DNA of 64,000 nt from assembly GCA_038227875.1 (NCBI GenBank), contig JBBRPR010000013.1, forward strand, positions 64,001 through 128,000. Direction: 5' to 3'. The translations under genes and the position numbers were made by a program. Each line of letters starts with the position of its first letter. Position 1 is the stretch's first letter. The stretch comes from Planctomycetota bacterium. Its GTDB lineage: Bacteria > Planctomycetota > SZUA-567 > H5-PLA8. The notes below the pieces were generated by a model. That model had not been told where the DNA came from. It was given only the letters and a program-made list of their open reading frames with translations, and ran no database searches. Below are positions 30,330 to 39,896 of the stretch, in pieces.

Positions 30330-31741
30330 TCGTTGCTCCCCCCGACCGGGGTTGCCGCCAGATGTTTCGCTGGCTGTGTTGCTGTGTTCAGTTGCTTTTC
30401 CGAATGCTGAACCATCAGCACGAAATTCCACGGGCTGCCTTCCACCGGCTGTGCCTTCTGCTTGATCACGGGCACCACTTCCAGGTGCAGCGATTTCACA
30501 CGCTCCGACAGCCGCGACGCCAGTTCGTCGGCCTGAGCGGCGTCGAGCGAAAGTCCGCCCACCAGCACCCGGCCTCCCCCTTCGGATTTAATGGACTCGA
30601 TCACGACGTCATCAGGCCGGGCCGCAGACAGTTCCGTCAGCAGCGTAGCCAATCGCATCCGCTGCAGATCCATGTCCTGGCTAAGCGCCGTGTTGGCGTC
30701 GTCTTTTCTCTTCCGTTCGGCGATGAGTTTCACCGTCTCGGCTTTCAGTTCGTCGGCCTTCTTGTTGAGTGTCGTCACCTGATCGACGGAAGCCTTTGCT
30801 TCGACCGCGATCTTGCGTGCGTCGGCGATTTTTCCAGTGTTCGTAACGTAGTGAAAATAGCACCCGGCGATGACCACCAGTTCCAACAAAATCCCAGCTG
30901 CGGCCAGCGTCGCGGTGGACACCGGAAAGACTTTCGCCGAAACCAAAGGCACGCCGGCGTCCTGTGGCTTGACCAACGCCTGCGCCCACGCTGCAAGGAA
31001 ACGCTGAAGATCCTTTTCAGTCTCCAGCGAAAAAATGGTGCCTTGCGTCGCGTCCTTATTCGCGCCGGCCGGGCGGCCCAGGAGTGTTTCGGTGATGTCG
31101 CTGACCGCCGACAAGCGCCAGCTTGACGTCGAATTCGTCGCCCGGTTCGCGCCGCCGGCTCCCGCGCCGAAAATCTGGACGCGCGGCGATTTTCCGGTGC
31201 TGTCGGCGCTGATCGACACCTGCGACCAGATTTCCGACCGCCGATAGACTTTGGCGTCGGCCATCAGCGGAACCGGAACTCCGCCCGGATGGAGAATACC
31301 GCCCAGTTTTCCACCCGCCTTTTTAATCACGGCCTGAATGCGGTCGCGTTCGTACGCGGGGATAACCGTGGTCCAGAAATTCTGCCCCGCATTGGTTTTG
31401 CCCAACGGAGCGAAGCCGGCGACGGCGTCCAACGCGGGGATGCCCGCGAGCGGTTCGGCTTCGAAGGCGATGGCTCTCGCGAGCGCGTCGGCATCCAACC
31501 CCGCGATGGCCGAGGCGGGCAGCGAGAGCACGCTGGTCCAGAGGTCTTCGCAGAGCACGAACACTTTTCCGCCGCACCCGGTTCCCAGGTCCAGGGCCGC
31601 TTCGGTCAACTCCCCCAGCCCCATCCCCGGACGTCGAGGCGCTTCCGCAAACGCGACCAGCGTCTTCGGCGCGGACACGTTGAAGTCGGCGCGCGCGAAG
31701 CGGTCGGTTTTGATCAGGATGAGGGTGTGGGAGGTGGCCAT
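30326..31741 (-). CDS. GspL/PilM-PilN-like alignment protein
   Basis: Cytoplasmic N-domain (LARAIAFEAEP), TM helix, coiled coil, PilN-like LTELSAARPDDVVIESI..VGGLSL. Confidence 0.6.
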   Translation of the reverse strand: MATSHTLILIKTDRFARADFNVSAPKTLVAFAEAPRRPGMGLGELTEAALDLGTGCGGKVFVLCEDLWTSVLSLPASAIAGLDADALARAIAFEAEPLAGIPALDAVAGFAPLGKTNAGQNFWTTVIPAYERDRIQAVIKKAGGKLGGILHPGGVPVPLMADAKVYRRSEIWSQVSISADSTGKSPRVQIFGAGAGGANRATNSTSSWRLSAVSDITETLLGRPAGANKDATQGTIFSLETEKDLQRFLAAWAQALVKPQDAGVPLVSAKVFPVSTATLAAAGILLELVVIAGCYFHYVTNTGKIADARKIAVEAKASVDQVTTLNKKADELKAETVKLIAERKRKDDANTALSQDMDLQRMRLATLLTELSAARPDDVVIESIKSEGGGRVLVGGLSLDAAQADELASRLSERVKSLHLEVVPVIKQKAQPVEGSPWNFVLMVQHSEKQLNTATQPAKHLAATPVGGSNE

Positions 31742-31752
31742 GGGAGTCCTGT

Positions 31753-32715
31753 TCAGGGCACCGCGATCGAAATCGTACCCAATGGCACCGCACCGGCGGT
31801 GGCCTGAAATGAAATTGGAGTGCAGGACCCGACAATAGCTCCGCCACGCTCGACACGAACCCAGAGCACACGCGTACCGGCCGTCATATTCTTGTATTGC
31901 GATTGTGAAAGCGGTGGAATTGGCGCCGTCGAGGCTGCGGCAATGTTGTAGAGGTACTGCGCCGTCGGAATTGTGGGAGGAGACGTTTGTGTAGTGCCAT
32001 CAATGATAAAGCCCGACGAATTATCCACGCCTGAATTTGGAACTGCAACGTCGTTCGACTGCCACCAGATTCTCACCGCGGGATTCGATTGATCCGCGTC
32101 CGGTCCGTAAACCACAGCAACAACTTTATACGCATTGGTAGACGATGGCTTCACATTCACCTGGAAAGACACCGATGAAACAAGGAATTCCGATGTTGGA
32201 ATGTTCACGATCAGATCGTCGGTCGACACATTTACGTCCGGGCCTTGCGACATCAGCACGACCGGATCTGCTCCGACCGTATAACTAAAAGCGTTACCCC
32301 AACCATCCGCCAGGGTGGACTGGCCCGGTCCCAACCGCAGGTACGAGCGCCATCCACGCGGCACTGCCACAAAGTATGTGTTCGCGGGCGAATAACTGAT
32401 GCTATCGGCAAACACTTTTGCTGATGCGTAGAGAGCGTTTGAATCGGCAGGCGGTTTGATGAGATCATCCAGAGTCGCGGGCACGCCGCCGACATCTGCC
32501 ACGAATCCGCTCATAATCGGCGTACCGTCGACCTGTTTCAAGTTCTTGGCGCCCGTAATCGCGTCGTGAATTTCATTCATCTGTCGCGTCGTCATATCGA
32601 AACGTGACTGATCCTGCACCCCTTCCAGCGACGTGGCCGCAACAGCCGTCAGCGTCACCAGGATCACCAGCACCACCAGCAGTTCGATGAGCGTAAAGCC
32701 GCGCGGCTTATTCAT
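31753..32715 (-). CDS. Prepilin-type N-terminal cleavage/methylation protein (large minor pilin)
   Basis: MNKPRG/FTLIELLVVLVIL; GF..DVG..P..L..L and DGWGN motifs. Confidence 0.9.
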   Translation of the reverse strand: MNKPRGFTLIELLVVLVILVTLTAVAATSLEGVQDQSRFDMTTRQMNEIHDAITGAKNLKQVDGTPIMSGFVADVGGVPATLDDLIKPPADSNALYASAKVFADSISYSPANTYFVAVPRGWRSYLRLGPGQSTLADGWGNAFSYTVGADPVVLMSQGPDVNVSTDDLIVNIPTSEFLVSSVSFQVNVKPSSTNAYKVVAVVYGPDADQSNPAVRIWWQSNDVAVPNSGVDNSSGFIIDGTTQTSPPTIPTAQYLYNIAAASTAPIPPLSQSQYKNMTAGTRVLWVRVERGGAIVGSCTPISFQATAGAVPLGTISIAVP

Positions 32716-33469
32716 AGATGTCCGCCCTGTTCAAAAAGAGAATGATGTCGTCTCCACGTGACGTGACTCCAGTGGACGTACGACCAGCAAGCGGATCATT
32801 GGGATCGGTCTGGATTTTGCCATCTGCACCGGCGGAAACGACGCGCGCAAATTTCCAGCAGTCCACACTGTTGAGAACATGAGCGACACCGCTTTTGTCG
32901 GTGAATGTCGTGCCAGCGATCGGAATCTGCACTACGACGGGATTGCCCCACGTGTCCGCCGCGACGGGATCGCCGACATGGCCGTAGAGATCCGAACCAT
33001 CGCTTTTGAAAAAATTCCGCGTCCTGAACGTCTCGGCGTCCCCATTGAAGCGCTTATCGTCTACATCGGGATAAACCAGGGTTGACGTGGGATGCGTGAA
33101 GTTGGCAACCGGCTGGTTCGCTGAAACATAAGGACCATTCCAGCCCAGATGCGAGTTGTGATCCCAGGCGGCGAACGGGACGTGAATGCCGCCGTCTTTG
33201 ACAAACAAATCCGCCATCCTGCATTGGGTATAGTCAAAGCCGCTGCTGAATTTCACATCCTGCGCCAGTTGCAGCCAGCCGGAGCGCAGATTAGCCATCG
33301 TCACCTGCGTCAGGTCAGCTTGCGCACTCGCTTGCGTCGAATTCAGCGCCGGCAATACCAGCCCCGCCAGCGCCGCCAAAATCGCAACGACCACGACCAT
33401 TTCCAGCAGCGTGAATCCACGACGGATCCGAAGCATTTTCACGTCGCGCATACTTGACTCGTTCTTCAT
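32708..33469 (-). CDS. Prepilin-type protein (GspG-like pseudopilin)
   Basis: RRG/FTLLEMVVVVAIL; GWNGPYV, DTWGNP, VSAGADG..DDI motifs; start uncertain. Confidence 0.9.
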   Translation of the reverse strand: MKNESSMRDVKMLRIRRGFTLLEMVVVVAILAALAGLVLPALNSTQASAQADLTQVTMANLRSGWLQLAQDVKFSSGFDYTQCRMADLFVKDGGIHVPFAAWDHNSHLGWNGPYVSANQPVANFTHPTSTLVYPDVDDKRFNGDAETFRTRNFFKSDGSDLYGHVGDPVAADTWGNPVVVQIPIAGTTFTDKSGVAHVLNSVDCWKFARVVSAGADGKIQTDPNDPLAGRTSTGVTSRGDDIILFLNRADIYE

Positions 33470-33516
33470 TCTCAATCCCGCAACGTCCGCTAACAGGAAA
33501 CCTTTTGTTAAGCCTA

Positions 33517-33549
33517 AAGCGGACGAGCGTATTTCACGCCCGTCCGCTT
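33517..33549. terminator. Intercistronic hairpin after the first pilin gene
   Basis: AAGCGGACGAGCGT-atttc-ACGCCCGTCCGCTT; 14-bp stem with one G:U pair on the minus-strand transcript. Confidence 0.65.
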
Positions 33550-33583
33550 AGTTTTTTCCGTACTACAATTCGAGCAGTACAAC

Positions 33584-34444
33584 CTACTTGGTCGTGTAGT
33601 ACTCGTTGATTTCGTCGGCCATCAGGTCGCAGTCAGCACCCGTCGCCAGTTTGAACGACGCGCGGCTGCCATCCTGATAGGCTTCGAAAAAGACCACGAA
33701 GCGGTTGTAGTAGGCCGTCTGATCCAGGTTCGGATAGAAGGGCACGTCCTGCAGAGTCGATCCGATCGCCGAATTGTTCGGGCCGAACCCGAAGGCCACC
33801 AGTTTCGCGCCAACCGGCTGCTTGCCACCGTTGCCGTAAATCTTTGTGAAGATGGCTTGGGCGTCGCCGTCGCCGCCCGTCAACGTGCCCGACGCATCGA
33901 CTGTAACGTTCAACGTGGCGATTTTGACAGTGCTCGTGAAATCCAGCGAGCGGGGCTGATCGAACTTGTTGCCGGGAATTGCATTGTTGACGTGGTCCAG
34001 AGCATCGAAAACAGTCGTGATTCCCATGCGGTTAAGGGAACGGCCATAGGCACTCGTTGCGCCATCCGCCGGCAGCGTGTCCAGCTTCAATTTTTGCGGG
34101 GTGTTGGCCGGGAGCCCGGACGTATCGCCGCCCGTCAATTCCGGGTGCAGGCCGATCTTAAACGTCGGATCCGTCGGGGAAGATCCGGTCGTGGTCCAGA
34201 ATGCGCCAGAGGTATCCAGCAGCGAATCCATCTTGTCCGGGTAAATGTTGTTCAGCACGCGGTGCGTCTGAATATACCGAGACACGCCGCTGATGTTGCT
34301 GGCCGACACGCCCTTGTTGGCCTTCAAAATGTAAGTGTCCAACTTCGGCAGCACCAAGCCCGCCAAGATTGCAAGGACGGCGACCACCACAACCAACTCG
34401 ATCAATGTAAACCCGCTGTTCCGGCGCTGCTGTCGTGACTTCAT
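33584..34444 (-). CDS. Prepilin-type protein, probable major pilin
   Basis: MKSRQQRRNSG/FTLIELVVVVAVL; strong GGAGGA RBS; first gene of the operon. Confidence 0.9.
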   Translation of the reverse strand: MKSRQQRRNSGFTLIELVVVVAVLAILAGLVLPKLDTYILKANKGVSASNISGVSRYIQTHRVLNNIYPDKMDSLLDTSGAFWTTTGSSPTDPTFKIGLHPELTGGDTSGLPANTPQKLKLDTLPADGATSAYGRSLNRMGITTVFDALDHVNNAIPGNKFDQPRSLDFTSTVKIATLNVTVDASGTLTGGDGDAQAIFTKIYGNGGKQPVGAKLVAFGFGPNNSAIGSTLQDVPFYPNLDQTAYYNRFVVFFEAYQDGSRASFKLATGADCDLMADEINEYYTTK

Positions 34445-34566
34445 TCTTCCTCCTGTCCCAGGTTGAGGGCTCAATTCCAAAGAGACAGTTCACCACTAGC
34501 GCGCTCAGCCACCCAAGGCGAGGCGCTTAATATGAAGAACCCATCTCGAAGCTCAATGGAGGTAAT

Positions 34567-34582
34567 GGCAAAGTGAATGCCA
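34567..34582 (-). promoter_or_regulatory. Sigma54 (-24/-12) promoter candidate for the pilus operon
   Basis: Minus strand TGGCATTCACTTTGCC = TGGCA-N6-TTGC (GG-N10-GC), about 120 nt upstream of the pilin ATG; AT-rich tract and dyads further upstream. Confidence 0.7.
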
Positions 34583-34781
34583 TCATTGTAATTAAATCGT
34601 AATGTTGAAAATTAGTGACACAGAACGCCTATTGTTCATAGGTAAATTGGTGTGTTTTCACTTCAATTAGTGGCCGGCCTTCGGCCATTTGCACAATGCG
34701 CAAGGATGTTCATTGTACACCGCGTGCACCCGGCAATGACAATGCCGTGTACATCTCTTAGACACTTTTTCGAATGATTGA

Positions 34782-37445
34782 TTACCGTGGCAGGGCGTCA
34801 CGGAACTGGCGGACGCGGTCTTCGTATTCTTTGCGCGACTGTGGGGCGGCGTTGGCGGGAAGCAGCGTGATTGCTTTCTCTTCGGTGCTGAGTGCCACCG
34901 CTGCCCTGCCGTTAGAAAAATAAGCCAGCGCGAGCGTGTCGAGAATAATTGGGTCCGCGTGCTTTGTCAGCTCCGCGCTCTTTTCGGAGTACTGCAACGC
35001 CACTTTCGGGTCGCGCAGACTGTTGTCGGCACACGTCAGCAACTCCCACGCGTAGTAATTCATCGCCTGTGCCGATTCAGGTTTTGAATCGGCCCATTGC
35101 TTCAGGTAACTCATCATCTCCCGGTAATTCTTCAATTGGCGGGCGATGTCTGCCAGTTGCTGATACGCGCCTTTGACCCCGATGGACGGATCGCGCTTCA
35201 ATACTTCCTTCAGGTCCTCAGCGCATTCCGCCACACGTCCGAGTTCCAAACGCGAATGCGCGCGCGCTAACAGATCGTTAACACTATCGAGCGCTTTCCC
35301 TTCTAGCGGTTTCCCCATCTGAATCGCTCGCGCACGCTGAGCATCGTGTTGCAGTCGTTGCTCCATTTGAGCGACGGTTGACTGGCTCATCTGCGCCGCG
35401 GTCTCCACTGCTTTGTGGTACTCGTCGTCGCGGCTCAACCCGAAGCAGATCATCGCGCGCAATCCCCACGACTGCCAGGTTTTTGAACCCAGCGCGATGG
35501 CCTGGTCAACATCGGCCAACGCGCCGAAGTTGTCGCCGAGCTGAAATTTCATGGCCGCGCGATTGTGAAAAATGGCGTGCTGATTGGAATCCAATTGCAC
35601 GGCTTTGTCGAGATCGGCAATCGCGCCAGCATAGTCGTGAGCTTCAGCGCAGGTCCGTCCGTGGTTTAACAGCGCGGAGAGGCTCTCCCCCTGTTCCTTG
35701 GACGTCGCGATGATACGAACGGGCGGCGTTGAGTCCATGGGGTTGGGCGGAGTGGGCGGAGCCGGCGGAGCCGTCAGCTTTCCTTTCAAAATGCGCGCGC
35801 GCGAACCGGCCATGGTCTCGGAGAATTCCTTCTCGAAGATATCGATCGCTGCGACTTTCTGCTCGACGGTGGCAAGCGTGGCGAGCTTCTTCTCCAATCC
35901 GTCAAATTCAATCTGAGCCCGGCGCTCCAGTTGAACCGACTCCGTGGCGAAGTCGCTGGTGCCATCGCCGCCTTGTGTGGAGTGATTCACTGAAGGCGGA
36001 GGCTGCGGAGGAAGCACCGGATTCGACGGCGACGGTAGTGACGGGAGCGCGACGCTGCCCGGATCCTTCGAAGCACCCACCCCGGTTTGGGTCGAAGAGA
36101 AAGTTGTGGTCAACGCGACCTTGGTATTCGTCAACTTATCCTGCGAGAACATGCTGGCCACAAGCGCGCAGCCCACCAGCACCAATGCGGCGACGCTGAG
36201 AATCCCGATCAGACTCGATTTGGCTTGAGCGTTCATGCGTTCGGCTACGAGCCGGCGCACGGAATGCTGCGCGGGCGGCGTCTTCGTGCGGGAGGCCGCG
36301 ATGCCTATTCCGGCACCGGACGCGCGGGCCGGCTTTTCCGCAACCACGCGCGCTACCTGCTCCACCCGCTCCACCTGTTCCATGGAATCCGACGAGCCTA
36401 CCGAGATTGGATCCTGGCCGGACATCACCCGGTGCAAATCCGTCAGCAGCGCATCGCAATCGCTGTAACGCTCGGCGGGATTGCGCGCCATCATTTTCCA
36501 TAACAAGGCTACGACACCGTCGGGGATATCAGCCTGGACGTCCTGCGGATTGGGCACGTCGTCGGTGAGATGCTTGAGCATCACGGTCGCCGCCGTCGGT
36601 CCGTCAAACGGCGGCTCGCCGGCTAGCAGATGATAGAACGTCGCGCCGAGTCCATAAATATCCGCGCGACCATCGATCTTCTCGCCCTTCGCCTGCTCCG
36701 GCGACATGTAATGCGGCGTGCCGACGGCATTGCCGCTCTGGGTATGAAACGACGAGCCGGGATCCTCCACATCTTTGGACAGTCCCAGGTCGAGAATCTT
36801 TGCAGTGTCATTGGTTGTTAGAAAAATGTTGTCCGGCTTGATGTCGCGGTGAAGCACTCCGTTTTCGTGTGCGTGTTTCAACCCTTCGGCCACTTGTGTG
36901 ACGATGGATACCGCGCGCTGCCACGGCAAAAATTTCACCGACTTGAGCAATTGCGACAGCGGCTTGCCCGCGCAATACTCCATCGCGTAATAGTGCCGGC
37001 CTTGATCTTCTCCCGCATCAAACGCCGCGACGATATTCTGGTGGTTGAGCTTGCCGGTCGCTTTCGCTTCGCGCCGGAACCGGCTGATGAAATCGCGGTT
37101 CTCGGCGAGCTTCTTCGACAATACTTTCAGCGCAACCTGGCGTCCGGCCAGCGTGTCTTCCGCCAGAAAGACCTTGCCCATCCCGCCGCGGCCCAACTCC
37201 TTCAGAATCTTGTATTTTCCCAGTTTGGCGATCGAGCCCTGGCCGATGAGCGTTTTCAGCGCTTGATCGCGCTGCTCTTTTGAAATGATGCCATCGGCGA
37301 CCAGAATGTCCGGCAACTGCAGCGTGTGACCCGACTGCTGCGCCAGTGCCTGAGCATGCCGGGCGGCACGGATTTGCTCAAACGTGGCGAGCTTCGCCTG
37401 GACGACGTGGCGCGCAAAGATTTCGTCAGAGACACCGTCGGTCAT
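34782..37445 (-). CDS. Membrane Ser/Thr protein kinase with C-terminal TPR domain
   Basis: LGRGGMGKVF, VALK, HRDIKPDN, DLG, GTPHYMSPEQ; TM helix, Pro-rich linker, TPRs ending in NYYAWEL..ILDTLALAY. Confidence 0.92.
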   Translation of the reverse strand: MTDGVSDEIFARHVVQAKLATFEQIRAARHAQALAQQSGHTLQLPDILVADGIISKEQRDQALKTLIGQGSIAKLGKYKILKELGRGGMGKVFLAEDTLAGRQVALKVLSKKLAENRDFISRFRREAKATGKLNHQNIVAAFDAGEDQGRHYYAMEYCAGKPLSQLLKSVKFLPWQRAVSIVTQVAEGLKHAHENGVLHRDIKPDNIFLTTNDTAKILDLGLSKDVEDPGSSFHTQSGNAVGTPHYMSPEQAKGEKIDGRADIYGLGATFYHLLAGEPPFDGPTAATVMLKHLTDDVPNPQDVQADIPDGVVALLWKMMARNPAERYSDCDALLTDLHRVMSGQDPISVGSSDSMEQVERVEQVARVVAEKPARASGAGIGIAASRTKTPPAQHSVRRLVAERMNAQAKSSLIGILSVAALVLVGCALVASMFSQDKLTNTKVALTTTFSSTQTGVGASKDPGSVALPSLPSPSNPVLPPQPPPSVNHSTQGGDGTSDFATESVQLERRAQIEFDGLEKKLATLATVEQKVAAIDIFEKEFSETMAGSRARILKGKLTAPPAPPTPPNPMDSTPPVRIIATSKEQGESLSALLNHGRTCAEAHDYAGAIADLDKAVQLDSNQHAIFHNRAAMKFQLGDNFGALADVDQAIALGSKTWQSWGLRAMICFGLSRDDEYHKAVETAAQMSQSTVAQMEQRLQHDAQRARAIQMGKPLEGKALDSVNDLLARAHSRLELGRVAECAEDLKEVLKRDPSIGVKGAYQQLADIARQLKNYREMMSYLKQWADSKPESAQAMNYYAWELLTCADNSLRDPKVALQYSEKSAELTKHADPIILDTLALAYFSNGRAAVALSTEEKAITLLPANAAPQSRKEYEDRVRQFRDALPR

Positions 37446-37672
37446 GAACCCAAGTCCGCCCAGTACAAATGCTGCTCATGTGAGCTCGACAGGCAGAAAC
37501 TGCCGTCGTTGCCAAAAGCGCCATCCTTGATTGGTGCTCATTAATCTTGTGCAATTGAAGTGCCCGCACACAAAATCATCGTCCGCTAATCTGAAAAGTT
37601 TAGTCACCCGTGCGTGATCTTTACTAATGGCTGACTTAAAACAACATGCAACTTTCCAGCCTGCCACACCGA

Positions 37673-37689
37673 CTGGCGCTCCCCTTGCT
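37673..37689 (+). promoter_or_regulatory. Sigma54 (-24/-12) promoter candidate for the STAS gene
   Basis: CTGGCGCTCCCCTTGCT matches YTGGC-N7-TTGCW, about 100 nt upstream of the ATG. Confidence 0.6.
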
Positions 37690-37787
37690 CATGACTTTTC
37701 GCCCGCTGAAGACTGTTCGCTTTTGCGACAGCACGAACCCCAAGCGCTAACGTGTGCGCTTGTGAACGGTACAGATTGGAGTTGCCC

Positions 37788-38162
37788 ATGGCAGACGCGC
37801 CCCTGCTCGTTTGGTTCGATCTTCTGGAAGAACTGGGAATCGTGGTGCTCACCGCCAAGGGTCCGGTCGACGGCTACACCTACGATCTCCTCCAGAAGCG
37901 CATCAACCAATCCATCGCCGACGGACACTACCGCATCGTCGTGGACCTGTCGGGCGTGAACTATATATCGTCGGCGGGACTGGGCGTGTTCATCGCCGCG
38001 CGCAACCGAGTCATCGAAAAGGGCGGCTCGATCGTGCTGCTGAATCTGTCCAAGCCTGTCCGCGAAATTTTCAGAGCGTTGAGCATGGACGAATACATGA
38101 ACGTCGCCGCGAGCATGCAAGACGCCATTCAAGCCTTCCACCCCAAGAAAAAAACCGGCTGA
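37788..38162 (+). CDS. STAS domain anti-sigma-factor antagonist
   Basis: KGPVD, IVVDLSGVNYISSAGLGVF, GGSIVLLNL..VREIF; GGAG RBS. Confidence 0.92.
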   Translation: MADAPLLVWFDLLEELGIVVLTAKGPVDGYTYDLLQKRINQSIADGHYRIVVDLSGVNYISSAGLGVFIAARNRVIEKGGSIVLLNLSKPVREIFRALSMDEYMNVAASMQDAIQAFHPKKKTG

Positions 38163-38185
38163 AGCCGCTCAAGCCTCAAGCCTGA

Positions 38186-38221
38186 AACGAAAAGCCCCGC
38201 GAACTCGCGGGGCTTTTCGTT
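38186..38221. terminator. Bidirectional intrinsic terminator
   Basis: AACGAAAAGCCCCGCGA-ac-TCGCGGGGCTTTTCGTT, a perfect inverted repeat between convergent genes. Confidence 0.9.
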
Positions 38222-38244
38222 CCTCACGCCTCACTCATTGTTCA

Positions 38245-39789
38245 TCACTTGCCGTCATCGGTCGGCAGCAGCGCCGTGACTTCCTTGATGATCGCCACCG
38301 GCAGCGCCAATTCGCAGCGCAGTCCGTCAGCCGCCGGCTCGGCTTTGAACGTGATCGGCGTGGTCGCCTTCGCCAGCGACGCGGCCAGCGCTGGCGGCAA
38401 GGGCAGCGGCGTCTTCTGCTTCTTGTTCACCGCGTCGATCGTTTTAGCGACATCGATTTGAATATACGCGCCCTTCTTCAACTGCTGGTTCGGTACGTCC
38501 TGGTCCAACGGCATCGTTTCGACGAACTTCTTGTCGCTGTCCGAGATGGTCATGTAAACGCGCTTGCCCTTCGAGAGAAAATCGATGTACGCGAATGGTT
38601 TTTCCTTATCGAACAGCGTCTCGCGAACGACCTTCGCTCCGGCCGCGGTCGTGTACGTCTCGACCTTCAGATGTTCCTTTTCGCCGTCAACGGCACTCAA
38701 CTTCGTGGCGTCTGCGGCGAGTTTTTTCAGAATGGCTTCGATGTCCTCTTCCTTCGAATTCTGCCGCACAACATACGCCACGCAGGCATCGTCCTTCACT
38801 GTCCAGCCCAGCGAGTTGGCTTCGCCGGAAAAATGCGCGGCCAGGTAGTCGGCAATGAATCCGCGGATGTCCGCTTCGGGTACCTTGGAGCTCTTTGGCG
38901 GAGAAACACCCGAATCGATCACCCACTTTATTCCGCTGTCCCATATATCGCGGTTCGGCGCGGTGCACACCAGGTCCACGCGTCCCGCGCAATCCGCCGG
39001 CAGAACCGGCATCGCCACGGGCGCATCCGCGCCATTCCACGGCGGCGGCGGAGCGATCAGCATACGCACGGCCAGCGAATCGGCGGTGCTCTTCAACACG
39101 CTCAGTTCCAGCCGATCCAGCACCTTCTCGAAATAATTATAGACCATCTCCCGCCCGAATTTCTCACCGTCTGTTTCAGCGGGCTTGTCCACGTCCTTCT
39201 TGCGCATGTCGTCGATAAACGCTTTGATGATTTCAGGATGGTTCTTGCGGATGTCTTTGATGTCGCCCCACGTCGCGGCAATCGTCTTGCCATCGGCGTA
39301 CTGCTTGGCCAGCGCCACATCGTCGGCAAACTTCAACGCCGTTTCCGTTCCGCCGAAGATCACCCGATCCTTCGTAAACTTGATGAAGATCGGTCCGAGC
39401 GGGAAGACGTCCTGGCCTTCCACGGCCGTTTTTGCGCCCTGCTCCTTCAATTTGGCCAGGTACGAGGCGGGATCCTTGGACGGGAATGAGAAGAAGGCGC
39501 GATTGGACTGCGGAATGTCCGGCCGAGCCAAAAACGTGATGCTGCACGGACGCTTGTCGTCGACGCCGCCCAAAAACGGAAACGTGCCATCGATGCCTTC
39601 CGCCGACAGCGTCGGCGGCACCGGCACACCCAACTCTTTCAACTGACTGACCAGCGCCGAAATGGACGCAAACGAGGCCTCAGCAACAATCGGCTCCGTC
39701 GCCGCCTTCTCCGCATCCGCCGCCCGAATCCATCCCGGGAGTAGACCGGCCAGACACAGCGCGACCACCATCAAACAGCGCAAACGCAT
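38245..39789 (-). CDS. Exported hypothetical protein
   Basis: 514-aa ORF, signal peptide ending ..IRA-AD, GGAGGA RBS, strong codon bias; no family recognised. Confidence 0.8.
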   Translation of the reverse strand: MRLRCLMVVALCLAGLLPGWIRAADAEKAATEPIVAEASFASISALVSQLKELGVPVPPTLSAEGIDGTFPFLGGVDDKRPCSITFLARPDIPQSNRAFFSFPSKDPASYLAKLKEQGAKTAVEGQDVFPLGPIFIKFTKDRVIFGGTETALKFADDVALAKQYADGKTIAATWGDIKDIRKNHPEIIKAFIDDMRKKDVDKPAETDGEKFGREMVYNYFEKVLDRLELSVLKSTADSLAVRMLIAPPPPWNGADAPVAMPVLPADCAGRVDLVCTAPNRDIWDSGIKWVIDSGVSPPKSSKVPEADIRGFIADYLAAHFSGEANSLGWTVKDDACVAYVVRQNSKEEDIEAILKKLAADATKLSAVDGEKEHLKVETYTTAAGAKVVRETLFDKEKPFAYIDFLSKGKRVYMTISDSDKKFVETMPLDQDVPNQQLKKGAYIQIDVAKTIDAVNKKQKTPLPLPPALAASLAKATTPITFKAEPAADGLRCELALPVAIIKEVTALLPTDDGK

Positions 39790-39896
39790 TCAAAATCCTC
39801 CAGTTGGGGTTGCGAGGATCATCGTCGCTGGGGGCGCGGATACAAGAAGAAACCGCTCCACCCCGCGCGTACCCTCCGTCCCAACGTGAGGTTTAG

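Noticed and set aside
38158..38235. Short TCAAGCC/CCTCAC tandem repeats around the terminator
   Set aside because: Only 2-3 degenerate copies; not a CRISPR array or a supportable repeat family.
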